Positions 31,906 through 42,056 of a DNA stretch of 64,000 nt are shown here, one piece after another; the stretch's first letter is position 1, and every line of letters starts with the position of its first letter. Both the position numbers and the translations under genes were made by a program. Source of the DNA: an uncultured Actinomycetes bacterium (GTDB lineage Bacteria > Actinomycetota > UBA4738 > HRBIN12); contig CAVPIB010000001.1 of assembly GCA_963704885.1 (NCBI GenBank), forward strand, positions 512,001 through 576,000, given 5' to 3'. The notes beneath the pieces were generated by a model. That model saw only the letters and a list, made by a program, of their open reading frames with translations. It was not told where the DNA came from and ran no database searches.

Positions 31906-32835
31906 TCACGTCGCCGGGACGCTGTTCACGACGAAGTGCATGTGAGACAGCGCCAGGCCGAGGGTCAGGAGCAGTCCGCAGGCAGCGTGCGTCGCTGCCG
32001 TCCCGGTGAGCACGGGTATGAGATCGCGGCCGGTGGCCGTTCCCACACGCTCCATCGGCCGGATCGCCGGCGGCCACGCGGCGAGGCCCAGGAGCGACCA
32101 TTGCGTGATCCCCACGGACTCGTCCACGATGAACATCGCCACCCCGAGCACGATCGTCGCGAACGCCGCGACGACGCAGGCTCGATACAGCCGCCGCGTC
32201 CGCCGATCACCCAATCGGACCGCGAGCGTTCGCTTTCCGCCGCCCTCGTCCGTCGGGATGTCGCGCAGGTTATTGGCCACCAGTACCGCGACCGCCAGGA
32301 AGCCCATCACCGCCCCGCTCCACCACGCCGACGCCGGCACCGTCTCTACCATCACGTACGCGGAGCCGCACGTGGCCATGACGCCGAAGAACACGAACAC
32401 CATCAGCTCCCCGAGCCCGAGCCCCGCATAGGGGCGAGGCCCGCCCGAGTACAGGAGTGCGCCACCGAGTGCGAGCCCACCCACCACGAGTATCAGGATG
32501 GGCGTCGTCGCCAGCGCCAGCGCCAGACCCGCCATCGCAGCTAGTCCGAGGCAGACTAGTGCCGCAGTCAACACCGCGTTGGGCTTCACCGCGCCGCTCG
32601 CCGTAAGCCGCGCGGGCCCCATGCGCTCATGCGTGTCCACGCCACGCATGCCGTCGAAGTAGTCGTTCGCGAAGTTCACGCCGATCTGCAGACCTGCCGC
32701 GACCACGAGCGCCGCCACCAGCCGCCACACCACCATATGACCGGCGGCAGCCGTTCCCACCAGCACCGGGATCACGCCGAGACCCAGCGTCCGTGGGCGC
32801 GCTCCGTGCCACCACAGGCTCAACCCGGCGTTCAC
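31906..32835 (-). CDS. menA: DHNA polyprenyltransferase
   Basis: [29 protein letters not shown]. Confidence 0.92.
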   Translation of the reverse strand: MNAGLSLWWHGARPRTLGLGVIPVLVGTAAAGHMVVWRLVAALVVAAGLQIGVNFANDYFDGMRGVDTHERMGPARLTASGAVKPNAVLTAALVCLGLAAMAGLALALATTPILILVVGGLALGGALLYSGGPRPYAGLGLGELMVFVFFGVMATCGSAYVMVETVPASAWWSGAVMGFLAVAVLVANNLRDIPTDEGGGKRTLAVRLGDRRTRRLYRACVVAAFATIVLGVAMFIVDESVGITQWSLLGLAAWPPAIRPMERVGTATGRDLIPVLTGTAATHAACGLLLTLGLALSHMHFVVNSVPAT

Positions 32836-33669
32836 GGGCGCTTCGGGAACCGCGAGAAGTCGGGCGCGCGCTTCTGGGTGAACGCGTCGCGTCCCTCCTG
32901 CGCCTCCTCACTCATGTAATAGAGGAGCGTGGCGTCGCCCGCCAGCTGCTGCACGCCGGCCAGGCCATCGGTTCCCGCGTTCACGCCGGCCTTCAGCAGT
33001 CGAAGGGCGAGTGGCGAGAACCCGAGCATCTCGCGGCACCAGGCGACGGTTGTGGATTCAAGCTCGTCCAGGGCCACCACAGCGTTGACAAGCCCCCAGG
33101 ACAGCGCCGTCTGCGCGTCGTACTGACGGCACAGGAACCAGATCTCCTTCGCGCGCTTCTCACCGACCTGGCGAGCCAGCAGGTTGATGCCGTACCCGCC
33201 GTCGAACGATCCCACCTTAGGTCCGGTCTGACCGAACCGCGCGTTGTCCGCCGCGATCGTCAGGTCGCAGCAGATGTGGAGGACGTGGCCACCGCCGATC
33301 GCGTAGCCGGCCACCATCGCGACGACCGGCTTGGGCATCCGCCGGATCTGGATCTGGAGGTCCAGCACGTTGAGCCGGCCGATGCCTTGCTCGTCGACGT
33401 AGCCGTCGTCGCCGCGGATCTTCTGATCGCCGCCGCTGCAGAAGGCGTCTGGACCTTCGCCGGCTAGCACGATCACCCCGATCTCAGGATCGTCGCGCGC
33501 AACGTCGAACGCCCGGATCAGCTCCTCTGACCGTCAGCGGCCGGAACGCGTTGCGCACCTCGGGACGGTCGATCGTGATCTTCGCGATGCCCTCGGCCGT
33601 CTCGTACCGGATATCCGTGTAGTCGCCGGAGCCCTGCCAGGAAACGCGGCTATCCATAGGACCGTTCAC
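32832..33669 (-). CDS. menB: DHNA-CoA synthase (+1 frameshift near 33528)
   Basis: [37 protein letters not shown]. Confidence 0.9.
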
Positions 33670-33711
33670 TCCTAGAGCGTACGCTCGAACGTTTCCGCTA
33701 GCCTAACCGAC

Positions 33712-34914
33712 GTGAGCGGGTACCTGGGCGTCGCCCCCGGCTCCCTGGTGGCGGTCGATCTGCCTCCGGGCCCGGCATGGCGCGACATCTTGGTCGAACT
33801 GTGGGCCGAGCAGCATCCGATCCTTCCGCTCGACCGGCGCCTATCCGACCGCGAACGGCGGGCGATAGTGGATCTGGCTCGTCCCGCGGCGGTCGTCGAC
33901 GAACGAGAGACGACCGTGTTCGCCGATCCTCCGCGGAACTCCACCGCAGATCTTGCGCTCGTCGTCCCGACATCGGGCACGGGCGGGCGTCCGAAGCTCG
34001 TGGAGCTGACCCGTCAGGCAGTGGGCACGGCCGTCGGGCTGTCGTTCGCAGCGCTGGGTCCGGCGCTCGGACAGATCGCGCTCGATCCATCTGAGCCTTG
34101 GGTCTGCTGTCTGACGCCCGCACACATCGGCGGTCTTCTGGTGTTGCTCCGCGGGCTGATCTTCGGCTCACCCGTGACGGTCCTGGAACGTTTCGATGTC
34201 GGGATGCTCGTCGACCGGGCGCCCCCCGGTGCTCACGTCGCGCTCGTCCCCCAGATGCTGCGCCAGCTGATCGCGTCGAACGTCGACCTCGCCCGCCTGG
34301 GCGTGCTGCTGGTCGGCGGCGCCGCGGTGGACCCCGAACAGGCCGGGGCGGCCCGTGACCGGGGAGCCCGCGTGGTCACCACGTACGGCCTGACCGAGTC
34401 GTGCGGGGGTATCGCTTACGACGGGCGCCTCTTCGACGAGACGCGCGCTCGGATCGCCGATGGAGCTATCGAGCTCCGAGGTCCGACCGTCATGGAGGGC
34501 TACCGTGCGGATCCCACGGCGACCGCGAACGCGTTCACGCTCGATGGGTGGCTGCGGACTGACGACGCAGGAGCGATCGACGATCGAGGGCTCCTCGAGG
34601 TGTTCGGACGTACGGATGACGCCATCCGGACCGGCGCAGAGACGGTCTGGCCCCAGGAGGTCGAGCCGGCCCTCCAGGACCACCCCAAGGTCGCCGAGGT
34701 CGCAGTAGCCGGCCGTCCCGATCCCGAGTGGGGCCACCACGTCGCCGCGTTCGTGGTCCCGACCGACCCGCACGATCCGCCGACGCTCGAGGATCTGCGC
34801 ATCCACGCTTCGGAGCGGATCGCCCGTTTCAAGGTCCCGCGCGAGCTCGTGCTGCTGGAGGCCCTGCCGCGGACCGCAGGCGGGAAGCTCCGCCGAGGCG
34901 CGTTACCCGACTGA
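33712..34914 (+). CDS. menE: O-succinylbenzoate-CoA ligase-like AMP-binding enzyme
   Basis: TSGTGGRPK, HIGG, TYGLTE, GK; located in the men cluster. Confidence 0.8.
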   Translation: MSGYLGVAPGSLVAVDLPPGPAWRDILVELWAEQHPILPLDRRLSDRERRAIVDLARPAAVVDERETTVFADPPRNSTADLALVVPTSGTGGRPKLVELTRQAVGTAVGLSFAALGPALGQIALDPSEPWVCCLTPAHIGGLLVLLRGLIFGSPVTVLERFDVGMLVDRAPPGAHVALVPQMLRQLIASNVDLARLGVLLVGGAAVDPEQAGAARDRGARVVTTYGLTESCGGIAYDGRLFDETRARIADGAIELRGPTVMEGYRADPTATANAFTLDGWLRTDDAGAIDDRGLLEVFGRTDDAIRTGAETVWPQEVEPALQDHPKVAEVAVAGRPDPEWGHHVAAFVVPTDPHDPPTLEDLRIHASERIARFKVPRELVLLEALPRTAGGKLRRGALPD

Positions 34915-34947
34915 GTCCGGAGACTCGACCGGATCCCGGACATACGG

Positions 34948-34980
34948 AGGCCCGAGCCCGGGAGGGGTGGGCTCGGGCCT
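34948..34980. terminator. Hairpin between convergent menE and the SipW locus
   Basis: AGGCCCGAGCCC...GGGCTCGGGCCT perfect 12-bp stem. Confidence 0.65.
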
Positions 34981-35132
34981 ACCGATCTTGTGAGGGATCA
35001 CCGAGGGGGTGGTGACCCCACGTTGCGGCTCCGCTGCCAAAGCGTCCGCATCCCAATCTTCGACCCGTTCACCCGTCCTGGTTGATACCCCCGAACGGGT
35101 ATTGGCCGAAGGTCTAGGGTCGGCATCACCCC

Positions 35133-36098
35133 TTAGAAGTCGATCCGCGGCGAACCGCTGCCGGTGATGGTGTTCGTGGTGCAGGCGTTTCCGGCTGCGT
35201 CGTACGCGCCGTTGTCGCCGGTCCACGTGGTCGGGCTCGGGACGGTCACCAAGCGAGAGGTCCCGACCTCCACGCCCATCACGATCGTCACCTGGTTCCC
35301 GAGCATGGTTATCGGTGAGTTGTTGAAGTTCCGCGACCCCTGCACGTAGTTCTGTTGAAGGACCACGGTCCCGAAATCGAGCACGGCTCCGGCGTTCGTT
35401 CGGATCACCAGCCAGTCGTTGTTGCCCCGGTTGCGGAGCCGTACCTGAACCGTGGTCGGCGATCCGCCGTCCCACCCGGGGACAAGGGATTCCGGGTCCA
35501 TCGTCTCGCTGAACGTGAAGGTGACGATGTCCCCTTGCTCCGCCAGCCCTCTCGTGCCGCCGACCTTGTTGGCTGAGGTCATGTCGACCGGTGTAGGTGC
35601 CGTGTTCTCGACGATCACCGTGAACCCACCCTGAGTCTGTGTGTTCGGCGGGGCCGCAACGTCGGTCATGGTGATGGAGTAGACCCGCGAGCCGGCGGTC
35701 AGCGGGTTGATCGCGTTGCGGACGCCGCTGCGATAGTTGTAGAGCACACCCCCGGCCGAGTAGGCGCCCGCGGTCATGACCACGGCGCCGCCCCCGTTAG
35801 AGATCGAAGACACGTTGGCGGTAACGGCTCCCACGCCCGCGCCGGGGTTCCCTCCGTCGTCGATCTGCGCGTAGACGTAGAACTGTCCACCCTGGCGGAT
35901 CCTGCCTGTCAGGTAGCCCACGGTCTTGGCGATCACCGTGCGCGTGACGTGAGGAGCCTCCCAGTCCGTTGCAGCAACGAAGCCGTTGACGCCGTTCGTG
36001 GTCGTGGCCGAGAACGCAGCCAACGCCCCGCCGCCGAGACCCAGCACCAGGCCCAGAGCCAACGGGACGACGACCAGACGCCTACGCGACCACTTCAT
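35133..36098 (-). CDS. Secreted protein with SipW-type signal peptide and beta-rich Ig-like domains
   Basis: GGGALA|AFSATTTNGVNGFVAA; T/V/G-rich body. Confidence 0.7.
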   Translation of the reverse strand: MKWSRRRLVVVPLALGLVLGLGGGALAAFSATTTNGVNGFVAATDWEAPHVTRTVIAKTVGYLTGRIRQGGQFYVYAQIDDGGNPGAGVGAVTANVSSISNGGGAVVMTAGAYSAGGVLYNYRSGVRNAINPLTAGSRVYSITMTDVAAPPNTQTQGGFTVIVENTAPTPVDMTSANKVGGTRGLAEQGDIVTFTFSETMDPESLVPGWDGGSPTTVQVRLRNRGNNDWLVIRTNAGAVLDFGTVVLQQNYVQGSRNFNNSPITMLGNQVTIVMGVEVGTSRLVTVPSPTTWTGDNGAYDAAGNACTTNTITGSGSPRIDF

Positions 36099-36714
36099 CG
36101 ATGACCCTCCGCCTGCCGCTCCCTCGCTTCCCGCGAACCGGAGCGCTGCCGGGCTCCTGGATGGGCTCGTGCGTCCGATCGCGGATCCGTTCGGGCACGC
36201 CGGGCTCGTGAGCGCCGCGCGGCCGCCACAGACGCCAGAGCTCCGACGCTCCCAACAGGAGCGTGGGCAGCACGATGAGGGTCAGGATGCCCAGGGTCGA
36301 TCGGATCCACACCATCATGTAGCCGATCCGTGGGATGTGGAAGGAGACACGACCGATGGTGCCGGTCAGGGGGACTGCCCACTGCTCCAGGCTGCTGTTC
36401 GCGTCGCCCTTCGTGACGAACGTGACCTGGTCGTCGCGCACGTGGAGCTCGCGCACCCGGTGCGTGATGAGTCGCTCGTGGTTGAGCGGATCACGGAAAG
36501 TCACGATGTCGCCCACACGAGCGTCGATGGGCGGGATCTGCACCGCCACGATCACGTCGCCCGTACCGATCGCCGGCTCCATGCTCCCCGACATCACGGT
36601 CAGGCTTCGCCCCCCGAAGAAGTTCGGGAGCCCGACGGCCAGCACGAACCCGCCGAAGATGCCGATCAGGATCCAGGCTAGGAGGAGCCCCACACGCCGG
36701 AAGGCCCGCTTCAC
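36082..36714 (-). CDS. sipW: Signal peptidase I, SipW (ER-type) family
   Basis: VMSGSMEP, GDIVTF, ITHRV (His dyad), TKGDAN. Confidence 0.9.
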   Translation of the reverse strand: MKRAFRRVGLLLAWILIGIFGGFVLAVGLPNFFGGRSLTVMSGSMEPAIGTGDVIVAVQIPPIDARVGDIVTFRDPLNHERLITHRVRELHVRDDQVTFVTKGDANSSLEQWAVPLTGTIGRVSFHIPRIGYMMVWIRSTLGILTLIVLPTLLLGASELWRLWRPRGAHEPGVPERIRDRTHEPIQEPGSAPVRGKRGSGRRRVIDEVVA

Positions 36715-37292
36715 TGGTTCTGCGCCTCCCATGTGAAGGCCACCAGGCCGGTCAGACCCTGGGCCGCGAATAGGTTCTGCATCTGAACCGTGAACCGGTA
36801 GACCAGCGAGTTTCCGGTGTTCCATCGGGTCTGAACGCCCGGGAAGGCCGGGATCCCGTTCGCCCAGCTGCCGCGCGCCGCCTTGAACGCCTGGAGCGTT
36901 CCGGTGGGTGAGATCGTGGCCTCCGACGCGAACCCGGCGCAGTTGGGGAACGTGGTAGCGATCGGCATGGAGCCCTTCTCCACGGTGATGTTCAGGTAGG
37001 GATCCAGACCAGATCCGGCGGTTGAGGTGTAGAGACGAACGCTGGAGGGAAGCGAGCCCGTGTACGTCACGCGGATGCAGCGAACGATCGTGGCGGAGGT
37101 CGGCAGCTGGTTCGCCACGTCCCACATGACGGTGGACCCGTCGTTGTCGCCGAGCGCCACGGTTCCAGCCGCATAGGTGTTGTCGATGTTCTGCGTGGTC
37201 CGCGTGAACGCCGCGAAGGTCGCGCGGCCGGACGCCACCGCGATCAGACCGGTCGCGACCAACGCCATCAAGATGCGCGTGGCGCGGTTCAC
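36711..37292 (-). CDS. TasA/CalY-like SipW substrate (paralog B)
   Basis: ATFA|AFTRTTQNIDNTYAAGTVALGDND; CIRVTYTGSLPS. Confidence 0.75.
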   Translation of the reverse strand: MNRATRILMALVATGLIAVASGRATFAAFTRTTQNIDNTYAAGTVALGDNDGSTVMWDVANQLPTSATIVRCIRVTYTGSLPSSVRLYTSTAGSGLDPYLNITVEKGSMPIATTFPNCAGFASEATISPTGTLQAFKAARGSWANGIPAFPGVQTRWNTGNSLVYRFTVQMQNLFAAQGLTGLVAFTWEAQNQ

Positions 37293-37834
37293 GGCAGGGC
37301 CTCCCGCTCCGTGTCGACTTCGAACCCCAGGTCGACCTGAACGATCCTGCCGGCGTATCCGGGTCCCACGTCGTCGGGGACCCAGGCCTCCAAACCGATC
37401 GAGCGCCATTCGCCCGGGTCAAGCGTGATGGCCGCGGCCGTCCAGTCACCGAACCCGTCGAGCGGGCCACGGTAGAGCTGCTCGCCGTCCGGGTCGGTGA
37501 CCAGTATCCAGAGCGCTCGGTCGAGGGCCGGGGTGTCCGGGATGCCGCGCAGGTGGACGCTCACCGGACCCGCGGTTTGGTTCAAGAGTTGTACGGAGCC
37601 CGACGCGGCATCGGTGGCGGGTGTCAGGCTGGTGCCACGGAGCACCACGCCGGAGCGCTTCACGGCCAGCTCGCCGCTCGGCGCTGCCACCACCGACACA
37701 TCGGCGCCCAGGGCGTCCGCTCCCGCGGGGATCCTGGACGAGCTGATCACACCGGCCGCCAGAGCCGTGCCGATGATCAGCCCGATCACGCGCAGGCGGC
37801 TGTCGATCCGCCGATCGATCTTCCGTCGTTCCAC
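37289..37834 (-). CDS. Exported accessory protein, possibly divergent TasA-like
   Basis: N-terminal TM; LYRGPL resembles IFSGTL of the paralogs; GTGA-coupled to the next gene. Confidence 0.6.
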   Translation of the reverse strand: MERRKIDRRIDSRLRVIGLIIGTALAAGVISSSRIPAGADALGADVSVVAAPSGELAVKRSGVVLRGTSLTPATDAASGSVQLLNQTAGPVSVHLRGIPDTPALDRALWILVTDPDGEQLYRGPLDGFGDWTAAAITLDPGEWRSIGLEAWVPDDVGPGYAGRIVQVDLGFEVDTEREALP

Positions 37835-37926
37835 GTTCGTCGTCCCTCCCGACGTTCGTTCCTCCTGTCAGAAGACCCGGGCCCGGGCGCTCGCGCGATC
37901 GAGCCCGGATCTTCCGAGGAGGGTGT

Positions 37927-37952
37927 GGGTGGGTCGCTCGCGCGACCCACCC
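37927..37952 (-). terminator. Stem-loop after the first TasA-like gene
   Basis: GGGTGGGTCGC-4 nt-GCGACCCACCC 11-bp stem. Confidence 0.6.
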
Positions 37953-37968
37953 TTCCCTGCTGAGGCGC

Positions 37969-38566
37969 TTAGATGTTCTGCGCCTCCCACGTGTAGCTGT
38001 GCACGCCCGAGGTCCCACCGACGGCAAGAGGGTTGTCCTGCATGGTGAGGGTGAACCGGTACACGAGCGTGTCGTTCAAGTTCCACTGGGTCTGCGCACC
38101 GGGGTTGGCGCCAGCACCGGACGCGAAGTCGACATCGCTCGCGGCGAAGCTGGACAGCGTGCCGGAGAAGATGCTCGCCTCCGACGTGAAGCCGGTGCAG
38201 TTCGGGAACGCGGTGCCGACGGGCATGCTGCCCTTCTCGACCGTCAGGGTCACGTACTGCCCGAACGCGTTGACCGGAGTGGTCGTGTAGAGCCTGACCG
38301 TGGACGGGAGCGAACCCGTGTAGGTCACGCGGATGCAGCGATCGACGACGTCGTTCGGCTTGGCGTCGGCGATGACGTACATCGCGGAGCCGGCGTCGTT
38401 GTCTGAGATGACGACGGTACCGGCGTCGAACGAGTTGCCTGCGTTCACGGTCGTAGCCGAGAACGCCGAGAACGTGCCGATGCCGGCGACGGTGCCGATG
38501 CGTGCCCACCAGCAGCAGCGTCAGGAGCGACTTACGCCCCCGGCTCATGCGGTGGATCCTGTCCAT
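37969..38566 (-). CDS. TasA/CalY-like SipW substrate (paralog A; +1 frameshift near 38500)
   Basis: RBS GAGGAGG; MDRIHRMSRGRKSLLTLLLVG..IGTVAGIGTFS|AFSATTVNAGNSFDAGTV; CIRVTYTGSLPS. Confidence 0.75.
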
Positions 38567-38853
38567 GCCAGACCTCCTCGGTCCTTCCTGCGGCACTCGC
38601 GGCCGTTGCCCCCCTTGGGCAAACATGACTTCGGAGGTTCCGTTCCTCATCTTGAGTGCGCTGCAAGGCATTTCGGCATGTAGCAACATCCGTTGGTCGG
38701 AAACCCTAGCGACGCTCGCGATGCGCACAGGAGGAACGGGGCTGTCACTCGGCATGAGTGGAGCAGGACGTCATGGTTCTGCCCTCGCGCAATCGAGGGT
38801 TGACGCGAAAGGGCAACACCGGCGCGACGGGACGCGAGGGAAAAAGTTCGGCG

Positions 38854-39528
38854 CTAGACCGTGATCGTGCCGTGTTTCACGGCGAAGGCGACGGCCTCCA
38901 ACTTGGAGTGCACCCGCAGCTTGCCGAGGATGTTCCGCACATGGGTCTGGACGGTCTGCGGGCTGATGTAGAGCTTGGTAGCGATGTCGTCGTTGCGCAT
39001 CCCCTGCGCGAGCAGCGACAGGATCTCCTGTTCGCGCTCGGTCAGGTCGTTCAACAACGCGAGCGCGTCGCGTTGCTGCTCGCGTTCGCGTGCCACCTGA
39101 GGCAGGATCCGCGCGAGCGTCATGGGGTCGATCAGCACCTCGCCGTCGGCGGCGGACTTGGCGGCCGACAGGAGCTCCTGCGCGGCCTCGTCCTTGCTCA
39201 AGAAGCCTGAGGCGCCGGCCTCCACCGCGTCGACGAGCAGCCGGTCGTCGTCGTGGGCCGTCATGATGATGACCTTCGTTGCCGGGGAGGTCTCCTTGAT
39301 CTTCTTCGTGGCCTCGATACCCGACATCCCCCCCTTGAGCTCGATGTCCATCAGGACCACGTCGGGCAGTTGCTCGGCGCAGAGATCGATCGCGGACTGC
39401 GCGTCGTGCACCGGCGCGCCGACCAGCTCCAGACCGTCGTCCAGGCCGACCACCGTGGCGAGCGCGTCGGTCAGCACACGGTGGTCGTCGCAGATCAGCA
39501 GCCGAACGGGGCGTGCGTCGTCTGTCAC
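38854..39528 (-). CDS. NarL/LuxR-family response regulator
   Basis: CDDH, MDIEL, LTEREQEIL HTH. Confidence 0.92.
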   Translation of the reverse strand: MTDDARPVRLLICDDHRVLTDALATVVGLDDGLELVGAPVHDAQSAIDLCAEQLPDVVLMDIELKGGMSGIEATKKIKETSPATKVIIMTAHDDDRLLVDAVEAGASGFLSKDEAAQELLSAAKSAADGEVLIDPMTLARILPQVAREREQQRDALALLNDLTEREQEILSLLAQGMRNDDIATKLYISPQTVQTHVRNILGKLRVHSKLEAVAFAVKHGTITV

Positions 39529-41036
39529 TGGTCTCCCCTGGGAAGCCGGATGCGAAGCATCGTACCCCCGTCGGGTGCATCGTCGATCGAGACGTCGCCG
39601 CCCTGCGCGGTCACGATCCCGCGTACCAGGAACAGCCCCAGACCGGAGCCGCTGACCTCCTCGTAGCCATCGGGACGCCAGGTACCGAACTTCAAGAACA
39701 CCGCGTCGCGCTGCGCGGCAGGGATCCCCGGCCCGTGGTCGCTGACGTCGATCGTCACGTCGTTGTCATCGGCATCTGCGGTCACCCGGATGGAGGCCTC
39801 GGCGGGAGAGAACTTCGCCGCGTTCTCCACCAGCTGGCGTACGGCTTCGGCCAGCCACTTGCGATCGAGCGGGACCTCGATGCCCTCGGGAGCGTCCACG
39901 GTCACGGGGTGCGCGCCATGATCGACGGCGTTGGCCCCCTCTCGGACCACGCTCCCCAGGTCCTGCGTACGGATGTCGTAGTGGACCGTGGCCGCGTCCA
40001 CCTTGAGCGCGGTCGAGGCTTGGGTGACGGTGGCCAGGAGGCGGCGCGACTCCTGTTCGATCAGGTCCAGGAACTCTCGCCGTTCAGGGTCGCCCAGCCG
40101 GTCGTAGTGCGCGAGCGCCGTGCCGGCCAGTCCACGGATGGTCGTCACCGGACCGCGAACCTCGTGCGCGATCATGGCGGCGATCTCGGCACGCCCGCCC
40201 ATGACCTCCTGTGCGCGGTCGCTCGCTCGGCGCGCTCGCGAGGCCTCAACGCGCTGCGGGGCGAGGAACGCGACGAGTGCCAGTGCGACGGCGAGCGGGA
40301 GCAGCGTGTCGGCAGGATGGAGAAGCGGTCGGTAGGAGATCGGCCGGGCCAGCAGGACCAGCTGCCCGGCGGCCGCGATAGTCCAGGCGACGGCGAGCCA
40401 CGGGTGGGAGGAGCGAACGTCCCCGCCGGCCTTCCACTCGCGCCACCCGGCGACGAGCAGGAGTGCGATGGCCGCCCCTCCCACGATCCAGAGCAGCGGT
40501 GATGTGAGGGAGAAGGCGGCGCCGCGCCGCAGATCCACGTTCTTGGCGGGCGACAGCGAATGTCGGAACACGATCAGGGTCATGTCGATCAGCAGGAGCG
40601 CCGCTGCCCCGACCCCTAGGACGAGGGGCGCGTGGAGCGGCCTGCGCCCACGCCGGTCCCACCATGGCCGGGCAAGCACGAACGCGGCGGCGGCGAGCAG
40701 CCAGGCCGAGAACCATCCGAGCGCGGGGAACGTCAGTCCTTCCCACGGGGAGTGTGAGTCCGACAGGATCCAGTGCTGGTCGAAGACGACGGTCTGCACG
40801 GCCACCACGAGCGATCCCGCACAGACGAACAACGGATGGGTGTCGCCGGTGCTTCGGTAGCGCGTGAAGCACACGGCTCCGGTCGCCAGGCAGACGGCTG
40901 AGAGGATCGCGTCGTTCGCAGCCCGACCGTCAGGAGACCAGTGTGCCTGGATACCGATCGTCGCGACGCCCGCCGCCGCGACGATCAAGCCGACGCTGAA
41001 GAGCAAGATGGTGCCCCGACCGCGGGAACGCTCCAT
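39525..41036 (-). CDS. Multi-TM sensor histidine kinase (HisKA type)
   Basis: AHEVRGPV, ENAAKF, DHGPGI, GSGLGL. Confidence 0.88.
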   Translation of the reverse strand: MERSRGRGTILLFSVGLIVAAAGVATIGIQAHWSPDGRAANDAILSAVCLATGAVCFTRYRSTGDTHPLFVCAGSLVVAVQTVVFDQHWILSDSHSPWEGLTFPALGWFSAWLLAAAAFVLARPWWDRRGRRPLHAPLVLGVGAAALLLIDMTLIVFRHSLSPAKNVDLRRGAAFSLTSPLLWIVGGAAIALLLVAGWREWKAGGDVRSSHPWLAVAWTIAAAGQLVLLARPISYRPLLHPADTLLPLAVALALVAFLAPQRVEASRARRASDRAQEVMGGRAEIAAMIAHEVRGPVTTIRGLAGTALAHYDRLGDPERREFLDLIEQESRRLLATVTQASTALKVDAATVHYDIRTQDLGSVVREGANAVDHGAHPVTVDAPEGIEVPLDRKWLAEAVRQLVENAAKFSPAEASIRVTADADDNDVTIDVSDHGPGIPAAQRDAVFLKFGTWRPDGYEEVSGSGLGLFLVRGIVTAQGGDVSIDDAPDGGTMLRIRLPRGDQ

Positions 41037-41076
41037 CCGCCGAGTCTAGGACCGACCCTGCGGCCCACCGGTATCT

Positions 41077-41862
41077 CTACGAGTACGTGTGGTCCCGGTC
41101 GGGAAACGATCCGGACTCCACATCTCTCATGAACGCTTCGACCGCTTCGGCCGTCGTTTCACGGACGTTCGCGTAGGCCTTGGCGAGCTTCGGAGGCTTC
41201 TCGGTGATGCCCAGCAGGTCGTGGATGATCAGGACCTGCGCGTCGCATCCCGCGCCCGCGCCGATCCCTATCGTGGGGATCTGCAGCGAGCGGCTGATCT
41301 CGGTGCCTAGGTCGGCCGGCATGGCCTCCAGCACGATCGCGAACGCGCCTGCCTTCTCAAGCTGCATCGCCTCGTCGAGCACCTTGGTGCCGGCTTCGCC
41401 GCGTCCCTGGATCTTCATCCCGCCGAGTCCGTTGACCGATTGGGGCGTGAGCCCTACGTGGGCCATCACCGGGATGCCGATCTCGACCAAGCGGTGGACC
41501 AGGTCCAGCTGCGCGCCCTCGATCTTGACGGCGTTGGCGCCGCCCTCCTTGATCATGCGGCCGGCGTTGCGTACCCCGTCGTCCACGCTCGCCTGGAACG
41601 ACATGAACGGCATGTCGCCCACCACGAGGGCGTGTTCGGCGCCGCGCGCCACCGCCTTCACGTGATGGAGCATCTCGTCCATGGTGACCGGGAGCTCGTT
41701 CGGGTACCCCAGGACGTTTCGGCCCACGGAATCCCCGACCAAGAGCACGGGCACGCCCGCACGGTCCAGGATCTGTGAGGTGGGGAAGTCGTAGGCGGTC
41801 AGCATCACGAACCGCTTGCCTTCCGCCTTCCACGCACGAAGGTCGTGGATGGACGTTCTCAT
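41077..41862 (-). CDS. panB: 3-methyl-2-oxobutanoate hydroxymethyltransferase
   Basis: MLTAYD, LVGDS, GDMPF, HVGLTPQ, IGIGAG. Confidence 0.95.
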   Translation of the reverse strand: MRTSIHDLRAWKAEGKRFVMLTAYDFPTSQILDRAGVPVLLVGDSVGRNVLGYPNELPVTMDEMLHHVKAVARGAEHALVVGDMPFMSFQASVDDGVRNAGRMIKEGGANAVKIEGAQLDLVHRLVEIGIPVMAHVGLTPQSVNGLGGMKIQGRGEAGTKVLDEAMQLEKAGAFAIVLEAMPADLGTEISRSLQIPTIGIGAGAGCDAQVLIIHDLLGITEKPPKLAKAYANVRETTAEAVEAFMRDVESGSFPDRDHTYS

Positions 41863-42000
41863 CGCTCGCGCCTCCTTACAGGTCGAGTGCACGGCAGGTC
41901 TCAGAGTCTAATCCGTTCGAAGGTATACGGCCCTTCAAGGGCTCGTGTCACCCCCCGGTGCTACGGTCCGCTCGTGTCCCGTACACTCTGGACGCCCTCG

Positions 42001-42056
42001 TAGAACCCCCCTGCTCCCTCTCGCTGAGGGGGCCGTCCAGACCAGAGGAGGTGGAG
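42001..42056 (+). promoter_or_regulatory. Probable rpsF leader (S6:S18 autoregulatory RNA)
   Basis: CCC-rich segment plus hairpin GCTCCCTC/GAGGGGGC directly before the GGAGG RBS of rpsF. Confidence 0.45.

Noticed and set aside
38806-38845. c-di-GMP-I riboswitch-like string (AAAGGGCAACACCGG...GGGACGCGAGGG)
   Set aside because: It is on the strand opposite the TasA-like genes, has no downstream sense gene, and lacks the second stem.
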